From a virus (Duplodnaviria; Caudoviricetes): a DNA stretch of 52,951 nt. A program made the position numbers and the translations under genes. The notes beneath the pieces are model-generated. The model saw only the letters and a program-made list of their open reading frames with translations, was not told where the DNA came from and searched no databases. This document shows, one piece after another, positions 8,175 to 17,084 of this stretch. The stretch spans positions 1 to 52,951 of the IMG/VR virus record IMGVR_UViG_3300038660_000404, one strand, 5' to 3'. Position 1 is the first letter of the stretch. Each line of letters begins with the position of its first letter.

Positions 8175-8842
8175 ATACGCACAGCGCAATCCCTGAACGC
8201 CTGCCGGTTTCGACAATCCGCGCCGATGGCGGCACCCAATCCCGCGCGCAACTCTATCGAAGTATCGTTTCTGATTATGCCGGCCTGATCGCAGGCGGTG
8301 CAGTATTCCCCCCGATCATCGGTTTTCACGATGGCTCTGATTATTGGCTGGCAGACGGGTTTCACCGCCACGCCGCGCACATTTCTCTTGGCCTCGCCGA
8401 GATCGATGTTGTTATCCGGCAAGGGGCGCTCCGCGATGCGATCCTCTACAGCGTGGGTGCTAATTCGAGCCACGGTCTGCGCTGCACCAATGAGGACAAG
8501 CGCCGTGCTGTATTGAAATTACTGAACGATCAAGAGTGGGGCCAGTGGCCGGATACGGCTGTTGCCAACCAATGCGGCGTGGGCCGAAATTACGTTCACA
8601 AAATGCGTGGCGAAGTCACTTGTATTCCGAGTGCAAGTGAACCCGCCGAGCCAGTGTACCGGAAATACACTGATCGATACGGCAAGCCAAAGGGCAAGCG
8701 CGGCTACCTCTGGGCGTGCTCAGACCATCGACCTGACGGCGAGAGCCGCCGCGAGGAGCGGGTCGAGGCCTGTTACGGCCACGGCAAACCAAAACCAGAC
8801 ATTACCCCCACCACCGCAGCAGAGAAAGGACCACAGGAATGA
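8171..8842 (+). CDS. ParB N-terminal domain protein (possible deletion fusion)
   Basis: FPPII.FHDG..YWLADGFHR; N..HGL..TNEDKRRAV; HTH follows. Confidence 0.8.
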   Translation: MNTHSAIPERLPVSTIRADGGTQSRAQLYRSIVSDYAGLIAGGAVFPPIIGFHDGSDYWLADGFHRHAAHISLGLAEIDVVIRQGALRDAILYSVGANSSHGLRCTNEDKRRAVLKLLNDQEWGQWPDTAVANQCGVGRNYVHKMRGEVTCIPSASEPAEPVYRKYTDRYGKPKGKRGYLWACSDHRPDGESRREERVEACYGHGKPKPDITPTTAAEKGPQE

Positions 8843-9180
8843 GCTACCCCACAAACCAGAACAACTTCAGCATCTCGCTAGAGCAGCTGCTGTCTGACAT
8901 CGCGAGCGCGGAGGATACGGCGCAGACTATCTCGGAGGCCACCGGCGTCCATCGCTCGAACATCAAGGGCATCCTTGACGACCGCGGCTACCACAAGAAG
9001 GCCTTTGCCGACTTTCGCGCCATGCACGCGATGTCCGACGAGAAGTTTGCGGATTATTGGCGCACCTTCAAAGCCTGTGTCGACGCCTACGACGTGGAAG
9101 CCGAAAGCCGCATTCAAGACCTCCTCGATCGCAAGGGCGAGGAAACCAGCGGCATGCAAGCCGACATGGCGGCCGAATAA
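8839..9180 (+). CDS. Helical hypothetical protein, weakly GapR/DUF2312-like
   Basis: Coupled ORF; IK..LDDRGYHKKAF pattern; family call tentative. Confidence 0.55.
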   Translation: MSYPTNQNNFSISLEQLLSDIASAEDTAQTISEATGVHRSNIKGILDDRGYHKKAFADFRAMHAMSDEKFADYWRTFKACVDAYDVEAESRIQDLLDRKGEETSGMQADMAAE

Positions 9181-9716
9181 TGATCATTGCGGCGCTGGAT
9201 TTGGCCACAAAGACCGGCGTCGCGGTTGGCCCGCTCGGGGGCCAGCCGGAGCTGTGGACGTTTGATCTCAAGTCAAAGGGCGAGGCCAAGTTCCACGCAA
9301 CCCGCCTGATGCAAATCCAGGGCCTGGCCCACCGGCTGATCGCGGAGCAGGGTGCCCGGTTCATCGCGATCGAGAAGCCCTTCGTGGCCAGCCACAACAA
9401 CTGGGAGGCGACCCTGCTGACGATCGGGCTCACGGCCAACGTGCTCAGCTGGGCCGAGCGTAAGGGCATCCCGGTCGACATCATCCCGGCCCAGACTGTC
9501 GCCAAGCACTTCACCGGCTCCGGCAAGATGAAGCGCGACGAAAAGAAAGCCGCGATCCTTGCCGAGTGCCGCGCGCGCGGCTGGGAGCCCAAAGACGACA
9601 ATCAGGCGGATGCGGCAGCCCTTTGGGACCTCGCCTGCGCGCGGTTGCTGCCAACTCAAGTCGTGAGTTCAGCGTTGGCTTTAAACGATAAAAAAAGGAG
9701 AGGCCGAGGTGCATAG
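9180..9716 (+). CDS. RuvC-like Holliday junction resolvase
   Basis: IAALDLATKTG, IAIEKP, DDNQADAAAL acidic active-site motifs. Confidence 0.85.
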   Translation: MIIAALDLATKTGVAVGPLGGQPELWTFDLKSKGEAKFHATRLMQIQGLAHRLIAEQGARFIAIEKPFVASHNNWEATLLTIGLTANVLSWAERKGIPVDIIPAQTVAKHFTGSGKMKRDEKKAAILAECRARGWEPKDDNQADAAALWDLACARLLPTQVVSSALALNDKKRRGRGA

Positions 9717-10638
9717 CTTTGACCCCAATATAGCGCAACGCGTCGGGATCAGTGCGGCGGTGATTTACCAAAACATCTTTTGGTGGTGCCAGAAAAACGC
9801 CGCGAACGAGCGCAATATCATCGATGGACTGGCGTGGTCGTACAACAGTGTTCGGGCCTTCACGACGCTGTTTCCCTACCTGACCGCAAAGCAGGTTCGC
9901 ACAGCGCTGACGGTGCTGGAAGACGAAGGTCTCATTTTGGTCGCCAACCACAATGTGGATCCGCGCGACCGGACAAAATGGTATGCTATTTGCGTTCAAA
10001 ATGCTGTGCCGGATCCGGCAAATGGCTCTGCCCCACAGGGCAAAGCGGTCTGCCCTCCAGGGCAAAGCACATTTGCCCCACAGGGCAAACCATTACCAGT
10101 TAGTAAACCAGATATAAACACAGATGGTAAACCTTATGATCACCGCGATGCGGCGATCGCATCGACGCCGCAGGAATTTGAACTTGCTCAAGACGAATTG
10201 GTCCCAGTCGATGCCAACCCGCCATCCAGAGCCATAAAGCGATCTGCGCACCCAATCGCTGGCGGATTGCACGAATCCTGCGAAAGCCTGAACGACGAGT
10301 TCGAACGGGTCTGGGCGCATTTCCCGCGGAAGGTTGGCAAGGGTGCAGCACGCGCAGAATGGGTCAAGGCCCGGCGTAAGGCGAGCTATGCGGCGATCAC
10401 TGGCCCTCTTGGTTTTTGGATCAAACTTCAGAGCGGCACACCCACCGACAAAATCCCACATTTCCGGACTTGGCTGCATCAGGAGCGCTGGACGGATGAC
10501 CAGACCCATGCCCGGAACAGGGCTGAGACGACATCCGACCGGCTCGACCGGCTCGGCGAGATTTCCACGGATACCGGGTGCGATCAGATCGCCGGTCCAC
10601 AGCGCAAACTTCCAGAAATTGAGTTGAGGTTCGACTGA
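9709..10638 (+). CDS. Phage replication initiator (O-like)
   Basis: N-terminal winged helix (WSYNS...FPYLT...DRTKWY), internal iterons, C-terminal F..VW..FPRKVGK..A...TWLHQERW. Confidence 0.85.
   Translation: MHSFDPNIAQRVGISAAVIYQNIFWWCQKNAANERNIIDGLAWSYNSVRAFTTLFPYLTAKQVRTALTVLEDEGLILVANHNVDPRDRTKWYAICVQNAVPDPANGSAPQGKAVCPPGQSTFAPQGKPLPVSKPDINTDGKPYDHRDAAIASTPQEFELAQDELVPVDANPPSRAIKRSAHPIAGGLHESCESLNDEFERVWAHFPRKVGKGAARAEWVKARRKASYAAITGPLGFWIKLQSGTPTDKIPHFRTWLHQERWTDDQTHARNRAETTSDRLDRLGEISTDTGCDQIAGPQRKLPEIELRFD
10029..10140 (+). repeat. Replication origin: three iterons plus AT-rich tract
   Basis: TGCCC(CA/TC)CAGGGCAAA at 10029, 10051 and 10074 (22-23 bp period), then AT-rich 10090-10140. 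Confidence 0.85.
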
Positions 10639-11339
10639 TGTACGGATTGACCTACGAGCAGCGCAAACGTGCGGTCTTTGAATTTCTTTACTGCAAAGAC
10701 GGGGGGCTTCTGCGCCGATACCGCGCCCCGGAGCACCTCTCGGACGACGCGATGCGCGACGAGGTCAATCTGCTGGTCGAGGACATCAACCAGCTGATCC
10801 CGAACGAGCAGACCGAAAGCAACCTCCGGCTGCTGTTCGCGGAGATCAACGGCGCGATCCGCCGACGCCATGGCGCGCAGGGCTGGCCACCGGCGAAGAT
10901 CTTCATTGCCGCCACCGAGGACGCGGTTGCCGAGGCCGCGAAGAAGAAGGCCGCCAGCGCGCCAGCGGGTGCGTCAAGCTTTGATCCCTACGAGATCACG
11001 TCGGCGAAGATGCGGGCAGGGGAGCCGGTGTCTGAGGGCTATCTTTGGGGCCGCGAGGCGGTTCAGCTTATCGCCCGGGGCCTGATCGACCAGACCACGA
11101 TGGAGGGGTACCGGACCGGGGCCTTCACCGCGCTCCAGGAGCAATACGGCGAGGACCATGCCGTTCGCTGGGAGGCCGAGGCGAAGGCCCGGCATCAATC
11201 TGCGAGAGAGGCTTACCACGCCCGCAAGGACGACGGTCGCCCAATCGACCCTGAAATCCTGCGCCGGATGCAAGCGGACCTCGACGCAGTCGCCGGGGCA
11301 ATGGATCGCCGTTCTAACGCGATGCGTCGGTCGGCTTAA
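10638..11339 (+). CDS. Hypothetical protein (helicase-loader position)
   Basis: Coupled to the initiator (TGATG); 233 aa. Confidence 0.7.
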   Translation: MYGLTYEQRKRAVFEFLYCKDGGLLRRYRAPEHLSDDAMRDEVNLLVEDINQLIPNEQTESNLRLLFAEINGAIRRRHGAQGWPPAKIFIAATEDAVAEAAKKKAASAPAGASSFDPYEITSAKMRAGEPVSEGYLWGREAVQLIARGLIDQTTMEGYRTGAFTALQEQYGEDHAVRWEAEAKARHQSAREAYHARKDDGRPIDPEILRRMQADLDAVAGAMDRRSNAMRRSA

Positions 11340-11353
11340 ACAGGAGGGGCGTC

Positions 11354-11569
11354 ATGACAAGACTGGTCTCAAGCATCTACCACAAAGGCCCCAGCGAGTT
11401 TGAGGCCGAGCGTCGGCAGCGGCAGGTCCGTGAACAGAGCGGAAAGGCCTGGCGTGAGCGCGGCATCGCCATGATCCCGGTTGATGATTTGGTCAGTGAT
11501 TGGGACCGGCAGGCGGTGACCAATATCGCCAACCGGCTCTATGGGAGGCGCTTGGATGCCAAAGATTGA
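11354..11569 (+). CDS. Hypothetical protein
   Basis: Strong AGGAGG RBS, 71 aa. Confidence 0.7.
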   Translation: MTRLVSSIYHKGPSEFEAERRQRQVREQSGKAWRERGIAMIPVDDLVSDWDRQAVTNIANRLYGRRLDAKD

Positions 11570-12044
11570 CCTGCGCCAGATTGAGCAGCCGACATGGACG
11601 CCAGAGCTGGTCCGCGACCGGATGATCGAGGCGGTCCGCTGGGCGCGCTACAATGGCGGCCCGACGGGTCCGGCACCTTTGCGCTCCATGATGCCAAAAT
11701 TTGAGCCAACGCTTGCGGACCACCTCGCCGAAGGCTGGGGCATTCCGGAAAAGGCCGAAGGGGTGGACGAAGCCAGCAGGGTGCTGCGCATCCCGCTTTC
11801 GCCAAAGCGCGTCGATGAGATGATCTGGGTCCTTGATTGGTGCCGGTTGTACCTTGCTGGCGATCGCCCCGGGGACGCCGTGATCCTGAACCTCTGGCTG
11901 CGGTGCCGGGTCTACAAGGGCAACTTCGGTGCCACTCTTAAGCGCCGCGGCTTCGCGCTTTCCCGCCAGCATGCTTACCGGATGCGCGACCGCGCACTGT
12001 CACATATATCGCAACGCCTTGATGGGGAGGGCTTTCAGCCATGA
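11556..12044 (+). CDS. Putative late-gene regulator (Q position, C-terminal HTH)
   Basis: WTPELVRDRM.EA N-terminus and LSRQHAYRMRDRAL..I helix; GGAGG RBS. Confidence 0.55.
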   Translation: MPKIDLRQIEQPTWTPELVRDRMIEAVRWARYNGGPTGPAPLRSMMPKFEPTLADHLAEGWGIPEKAEGVDEASRVLRIPLSPKRVDEMIWVLDWCRLYLAGDRPGDAVILNLWLRCRVYKGNFGATLKRRGFALSRQHAYRMRDRALSHISQRLDGEGFQP

Positions 12045-12469
12045 CAAAGCGCAGGGACAACATGCGGCGCCTCAACAACGACCCTGAATTTGCAGCTGCC
12101 CGGGATGAGCGGGCGCGCGCGCGGTTCTCGGCCGACAACACTCGGCTGCAGCGGCTTGCCAATATCGCAAAACGCGGCTGCGACGTGCCGCCCCGGCTTG
12201 AAGCGGAGTGGAAGGCGCTCAAGCAGATGAAGATCGCCAACCGTGAGGCGGCAGGGATGCTCAATATCGCGTGGCTCGGCGATCCTGAGGACGCGGCCGA
12301 TGCTCGCTGGGCATCCCGCCGTGCATGTCATGTCGTCGACGAACTGATCGACCTGATCGAGACCGATCGCATGGTCGATCCCGACTTTGCCTATGAGCTG
12401 ATAGAAAGGGGCAAGCGCATCAAACGCATCCTCGAATGGAACACTGAAACCGACGGGACAAAACGATGA
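12041..12469 (+). CDS. Hypothetical protein
   Basis: Coupled ORF, 142 aa. Confidence 0.65.
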   Translation: MTKRRDNMRRLNNDPEFAAARDERARARFSADNTRLQRLANIAKRGCDVPPRLEAEWKALKQMKIANREAAGMLNIAWLGDPEDAADARWASRRACHVVDELIDLIETDRMVDPDFAYELIERGKRIKRILEWNTETDGTKR

Positions 12470-12618
12470 AGCGCGCAGAAACCCTTGCCACCGCCACGGA
12501 GTACGTCACCCAAGATCGGGCCGCCATGCATGGCGATGCGGTGGACAGCTTTGTAGAGCTGGGGCGCGTGTGGGGCACCCGACTGAGTGTGGCGTTGACA
12601 GTGTATGAGGAAACATAG
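12466..12618 (+). pseudogene. Truncated DUF6378-like protein (50 aa)
   Basis: MKRAETLATATEYVTQDRAAMHGDAVDSF..LGRVW matches the family N-terminal half, then stops. Confidence 0.55.
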
Positions 12619-12652
12619 CCATTGTGGGCCATGTTGTGAGAAACTCTACCCT

Positions 12653-13030
12653 CTACTGATCGGTGGGAGATCCATCGCCGCTGATCATTCTGTGGTCGAT
12701 TTCAGGCTCACCCCACTTGTTCGCAACGCCCATCCAGCGTTCGATCTCGGCCTGAAGCTTAGGATCATCGGCGCAGAGATGAAATGTATAAAGGCGGTTG
12801 ACGATATCGCGCATCAGGTTGCGCATTTCATCCTCATCGATCTGTGAAACTTCCAACCAGGGAATGCGCCGCCCATCGGCGTCCACGACGAAGACATCAG
12901 AGTAGTCGCCAGTTCGGGTGACGGGCGACAGGCCGGCATGCAGTGTTTCCAGCTGTGTATTGCGCACACACAGCATTGCCATGATCTTGGCAAGCCTGGC
13001 TGCAACGCGTTTTTCGTCCTCCGGGGTCAT
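12653..13030 (-). CDS. Hypothetical protein (antisense, moron-like)
   Basis: 125 aa, CVRNTQLETLHAG.SPVT.TGDYSDV; opposite to flanking operons. Confidence 0.75.
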   Translation of the reverse strand: MTPEDEKRVAARLAKIMAMLCVRNTQLETLHAGLSPVTRTGDYSDVFVVDADGRRIPWLEVSQIDEDEMRNLMRDIVNRLYTFHLCADDPKLQAEIERWMGVANKWGEPEIDHRMISGDGSPTDQ

Positions 13031-13346
13031 GCTCTCAGACTAGCGGCTTTGCGGTGCCGATGCCATCAATTTGACTGCGGCTCTGTCCTTGCATCGACAG
13101 ACACGCGCTTGGTTGCGCAGCACAGCGTAGTCGCTGAGCATCCGGACACCCATCTTAACCTACCGCAGCGGTGAGTTCACAGCCGGGACAACCGCAAAGA
13201 TCGATAAACGGACGAACCGGCCTGCGTTTGTCACATCAGTATTGTCAGGAGCCCGATTTTGCCTGTTGGTATCGGTATATGTTTGTTTCACAGGGATATT
13301 TGCACAAATCGCAAACAAGCCGATCGTTAGGATCGCGAACGCATCC

Positions 13347-13376
13347 TTTGACCGACACGGTCAAAATCGGCTACAT
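13347..13376 (+). promoter_or_regulatory. Putative late promoter with palindrome over -35
   Basis: TTGACC-N17-CTACAT; inverted repeat TTTGACCG-aca-CGGTCAAA (13347-13365). Confidence 0.6.
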
Positions 13377-13478
13377 CTCGTGTGCGGCGGCCAATAGCGC
13401 CTGCAGCCAGAAAAAACCCACACATTGCAGCATCGAAATTCACCCAGCAAAATAGGCTGGGGCAGGGGGAGTGGCATC

Positions 13479-14015
13479 GTGAATGTGATCATCCGCGACC
13501 TCGACCAGACCCGTGTGCATTTCGAGGCAGCAGTCCAGCGCGTCGGGGAGCAGGAAGCCAACCGCGCCTTCAACCGCGCGCTCAACAGCGAGGGCGACAA
13601 GGTGCGCACCGCAGTCCGCCGCGCCCTGCGCCAACAGACAGGCACCAAGGCCGCACTCATCAACCGCGAGACGCGGGTCCTCCGGTCGACCTTTTCCAAC
13701 CTCGTCTACACCATTGAGGCCCGCGGTGACTACCTGGGCCTGTCGCATTTCAGCCCGCGCCAGTTCGGCTACGGTGTGCGTGCCAAGCCCTGGGGGCGGT
13801 GGCAGCGTTTCGACAGCGCCTTCCTGATTGGCAGCCTTGGCAACAACGCCTTTGTCCGCGAGACCGCAGCACGCTTTCCGATCAAGAAGATGTTTGGCCC
13901 GGCGATCCCGAAGGAGATGGTCCAGCACGAGACCAAGCGAGCCTTCGAGGAAACTCAACCCGACGTCCTGACCGAAGCCCTGCGCCAGCTGCAACGGATC
14001 ATCGAGGGCCGCTGA
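13479..14015 (+). CDS. GpZ-like minor tail protein
   Basis: A..RALN, R.PIKKMFGPAIPKEM motifs; GTG start with GGGGGAG RBS. Confidence 0.7.
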   Translation: MNVIIRDLDQTRVHFEAAVQRVGEQEANRAFNRALNSEGDKVRTAVRRALRQQTGTKAALINRETRVLRSTFSNLVYTIEARGDYLGLSHFSPRQFGYGVRAKPWGRWQRFDSAFLIGSLGNNAFVRETAARFPIKKMFGPAIPKEMVQHETKRAFEETQPDVLTEALRQLQRIIEGR

Positions 14016-14154
14016 TAAGCGCCCAGAGGCCCACGTCCACAGCGCCACGGAGCGGGCCGTAGAGAGCGGACAGCACGCGCTTTACCAGGACCTTAACGCC
14101 AGGCCAAAGGCGGGCCACAGCAAGCCTCTGCGCACCTCGTAGACCCCACCCCTT

Positions 14155-14220
14155 GGGTCCCCTCCGGAGAGGGCTGACGTGCGGGGCCGCCGCTGCGCGG
14201 TATTTGCGTGTTTTTATTTC
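14155..14220 (+). other. Predicted lambda-like cos site (cosQ-cosN)
   Basis: GGGTCC at 14155, then GCG|GGGCCGCCGCTG|CGC at 14181-14198, paralleling lambda GGGTCCT...ACG|GGGCGGCGACCT|CGC; AT tract follows. Confidence 0.65.
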
Positions 14221-14233
14221 TTTCAAATATCCG

Positions 14234-15544
14234 ATGGAGTTTGTTTTGCCCCCAAGTTCAGATGCCCCTTCCGGTCGACTTGATGCTGCCCGCTGGCCTG
14301 CCTCGAAGATTGAGATGTGGCCGGTTGCAGACCTCACGCCCTACGTCAAAAATGCCCGCACGCATCCTCAAGAGCAGGTTGATCAGATCGCGGCGTCGAT
14401 GGAGCGGTTCGGCTTTACGATCCCGATGCTTGTCGCTGAGAACGGCACGATCATCGCTGGCCACGGACGGCTGATGGCTGCGGCGCAGCTTGGCATGGCC
14501 GAGGTCCCGGTGATGGTGGCGCGGGGCTGGTCTGATGAGGACCGGCGGTTTTACACGCTGGCTGACAACCGGCTGGCGGAGACGTCGGAGTGGGACCCGG
14601 AGACGCTGCAGGTTGAGTGGGATGAGTTGAACGCGCTCGGGCTTGGCGATGATCTGTCGATGATCGGGTTCTCCGATGAGGACCTGAAGGACATTCTGCC
14701 TGCCGCGCTGCTTGAGGTGACGGGCGGTCTGACGGACCCGGATGATGTGCCGGAGGTCGACGAGGCCCAGCCGATCAGCCAGCCCGGCGATGTCTGGATC
14801 CTCGGCAAGCACCGGCTGCTCTGCGGCGATAGCACTGTGGCCACCGATGTGGAAAAGGTGCTGGGCGATGTGACGCCGCTGCTGATGTGCACAGATCCAC
14901 CCTACGGAGTTGAGTACGACCCGAGCTGGCGCAACCAGGTGGGGGCGGCCAAGACCAAACGTACCGGCAAGGTGCTGAATGATGATCGGGCCGATTGGCG
15001 CGAAGCCTGGGCGCTGTTTCCGGGTGACGTGGCCTATGTCTGGCATGGCGCGCTGCACGCAGGAGAGGTCGCGGAAAGCCTAGAGGCGGCTGGCTTCACG
15101 ATCCGCTCGCAGATCATCTGGGCCAAGGAGCGGCTGGTGCTCAGCCGGGGCGATTATCACTGGCAACATGAGCCGGCCTGGTACGCTGTCAAAAAGACCG
15201 GCAAGGGTCACTGGGCGGGCGATCGCAAGCAGACGACGCTGTGGCAAATCCCCAGCAAGGATCAGGATGCCAAGACGGTACACGGAACACAAAAGCCGGT
15301 CGAATGCATGCGTCGGCCGATCGAGAACAACTCGAGCCCCGGACAGGCGGTTTATGAGCCCTTCATGGGCTCAGGGACCACGCTGATCGCAGCGGAAATG
15401 TCAGGACGCGTCTGCTTCGGCATCGAGTTGAACCCGGCTTACGTCGATGTGGCGGTGGAGAGGTGGCAGAACTTCACCGGCGAGGACGCCGTTCTGTCCG
15501 GCTCGGACGAGACCTTCAACAAAATTAAGAACAAAGACGATTGA
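14234..15544 (+). CDS. ParB-N / N6-N4 DNA methyltransferase (beta class)
   Basis: ParB-like IIAGHGRL...ADNRL; TDPPYG before YEPFMGSGTT; HGTQKPV; start uncertain. Confidence 0.92.
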   Translation: MEFVLPPSSDAPSGRLDAARWPASKIEMWPVADLTPYVKNARTHPQEQVDQIAASMERFGFTIPMLVAENGTIIAGHGRLMAAAQLGMAEVPVMVARGWSDEDRRFYTLADNRLAETSEWDPETLQVEWDELNALGLGDDLSMIGFSDEDLKDILPAALLEVTGGLTDPDDVPEVDEAQPISQPGDVWILGKHRLLCGDSTVATDVEKVLGDVTPLLMCTDPPYGVEYDPSWRNQVGAAKTKRTGKVLNDDRADWREAWALFPGDVAYVWHGALHAGEVAESLEAAGFTIRSQIIWAKERLVLSRGDYHWQHEPAWYAVKKTGKGHWAGDRKQTTLWQIPSKDQDAKTVHGTQKPVECMRRPIENNSSPGQAVYEPFMGSGTTLIAAEMSGRVCFGIELNPAYVDVAVERWQNFTGEDAVLSGSDETFNKIKNKDD

Positions 15545-15547
15545 GGC

Positions 15548-16729
15548 ATGAATGACCTGGCTTTACATCCCTCCGGACGCGTTTCCGGATCCCCAGACGC
15601 TTGCCTCTTCGGCCTCTCGCTGTGCTCCGGTGCAGGCGGGCTCGACCTCGGGCTCACCATCGCCATCCCTGGATATCGAACTTTGGGCTATGTCGAACGG
15701 GAGACCTACGCCGCAGCCACTCTCGTGGCGCGGATGGAAGACGCGGCCTTGGATCAAGCGGTTGTCTGGGACGACGTTGGAACCTTCGACGGCCGACCGT
15801 GGCGCGGCGTGGTGGATATCCTCTCGGCCGGGTACCCTTGCCAGCCATTTTCGGTCGCGGGCAAACGGCTCGGCACCGAGGACCCGCGCCACCTCTGGCC
15901 GCATGTCGCGCGCATCATCGGTGAATGCGAGCCGCCCTTCGTGTTCCTCGAGAATGTCGCCCATCATCTCCGCCTCGGCTTCCCCGAAGTCGCCAGCGGA
16001 CTGGTCAGCATGGGCTACAAACTTGCGGCAGGCCTCTTTACGGCGGCGGAAGTCGGTGCGCCGCACAAACGCGAGCGGCTGTTCATCCTTGCCATCCGCG
16101 AGGGGGACGCGCTGGCCGACCCCGCGCGCCTGCTCTGGGACCCGGTCGAGTGGCGGCAACCGGACGGAGATGATGCGGCTCTGGCCGACGCCCCGCGCCA
16201 GCGCCAACGAGAACCGGCAGACGAAACCGACGCCGTCGCAAGAAGCGGGCAAGCATGGGATGAACTTGGCAACGACGGCCGCGATGTGGCCCACGCCGCA
16301 AACCGACAGCTTTCGGAGCCGGGGCGGAGACCGAAAGCACGAGAAGGGTCTGGACAGTATGGCGCGGGATTGGCCGACGCCCATGGCGAACGACGGCAAC
16401 AAGCCGAGCGCGGGCAACCGCAAGACGGCGGATCTGACCCATGCCAGCCGCCTGTGGATGACGCCGACGGCGCGGGATCACAAGGACGGCGCGACGACAT
16501 TGGCGAACACGCCGGTGAACGGCCTGCTTGGCCGCCAAGTCCTGGTGATGAAGGTGGCTGGGAGCGATACCTCCGATGCGCGCCGGACCTTGAACCCAGC
16601 ATTCGTCGAGGCGCTGATGGGCTGGCCCACCGGGTGGACCGGCTTCGCCTCTGTGGCAACGGTGTGGTCCCCTTGGTTGCAGCGCATGCGCTGCGAACTT
16701 TGGCGGCTGAACTGCTGGCCGATAGATGA
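15548..16729 (+). CDS. C5 cytosine DNA methyltransferase, catalytic polypeptide lacking motif IX
   Basis: Motifs I (LCSGAGG), IV (GYPCQPFS), VI (LENV), VIII (PHKRERLF), X (CGNGVVP). Confidence 0.9.
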   Translation: MNDLALHPSGRVSGSPDACLFGLSLCSGAGGLDLGLTIAIPGYRTLGYVERETYAAATLVARMEDAALDQAVVWDDVGTFDGRPWRGVVDILSAGYPCQPFSVAGKRLGTEDPRHLWPHVARIIGECEPPFVFLENVAHHLRLGFPEVASGLVSMGYKLAAGLFTAAEVGAPHKRERLFILAIREGDALADPARLLWDPVEWRQPDGDDAALADAPRQRQREPADETDAVARSGQAWDELGNDGRDVAHAANRQLSEPGRRPKAREGSGQYGAGLADAHGERRQQAERGQPQDGGSDPCQPPVDDADGAGSQGRRDDIGEHAGERPAWPPSPGDEGGWERYLRCAPDLEPSIRRGADGLAHRVDRLRLCGNGVVPLVAAHALRTLAAELLADR

Positions 16730-16742
16730 GGAGGTTGGCTGA
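15552..16742 (+). CDS. Overlapping +1-frame polypeptide with WPTP repeats and C5-MTase motif IX
   Basis: 396 aa open frame; five W(P/M)TP repeats; RRTLNPAFVEALMGWPTGWT; GAGG 5 nt before its ATG. Confidence 0.75.
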   Translation: MTWLYIPPDAFPDPQTLASSASRCAPVQAGSTSGSPSPSLDIELWAMSNGRPTPQPLSWRGWKTRPWIKRLSGTTLEPSTADRGAAWWISSRPGTLASHFRSRANGSAPRTRATSGRMSRASSVNASRPSCSSRMSPIISASASPKSPADWSAWATNLRQASLRRRKSVRRTNASGCSSLPSARGTRWPTPRACSGTRSSGGNRTEMMRLWPTPRASANENRQTKPTPSQEAGKHGMNLATTAAMWPTPQTDSFRSRGGDRKHEKGLDSMARDWPTPMANDGNKPSAGNRKTADLTHASRLWMTPTARDHKDGATTLANTPVNGLLGRQVLVMKVAGSDTSDARRTLNPAFVEALMGWPTGWTGFASVATVWSPWLQRMRCELWRLNCWPIDEEVG

Positions 16743-16772
16743 AACGCCTGTCTGCAACGGGCGCTCGATGGA

Positions 16773-17084
16773 TCAAGGTTGCCAATCGCTCCGACGGCCA
16801 TGCCGGACATGGAGCACCTGCACGACCCCGTCGATTACGGAATAGTAAATCCGCCAACGGGTCGCCCGCCCATAAAGCGCACGACGGACAGCCAAGTCGA
16901 AATCCTGCGATTCAGGGGCCCTCGGATGTGCTTCCGGCATGGCCCCAAGCGCGAGGATCAAATTCCGGATGCCCGCACGCCATTCGTCCGCAGCCCTCGG
17001 GTTGCGGTCGCGCAGCCAGACCCATGATGCTGTCAGATCATCCGCCGCATTCGGCGTGATGATCACCGGCAGCGGTGCGGTCAT
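16773..17084 (-). CDS. RelE/ParE family toxin
   Basis: VIITPNAADDL...WRIYY...VQVLHVRHGRR; overlaps the antitoxin stop. Confidence 0.88.
   Translation of the reverse strand: MTAPLPVIITPNAADDLTASWVWLRDRNPRAADEWRAGIRNLILALGAMPEAHPRAPESQDFDLAVRRALYGRATRWRIYYSVIDGVVQVLHVRHGRRSDWQP

Noticed and set aside
14234-16742. Restriction-modification system
   Set aside because: No cognate endonuclease recognisable; these look like orphan phage MTases
15548-16742. Sequencing frameshift or pseudogene as the explanation for the two frames
   Set aside because: Both frames are open over the full length and motif X returns in frame A, which would need two compensating errors
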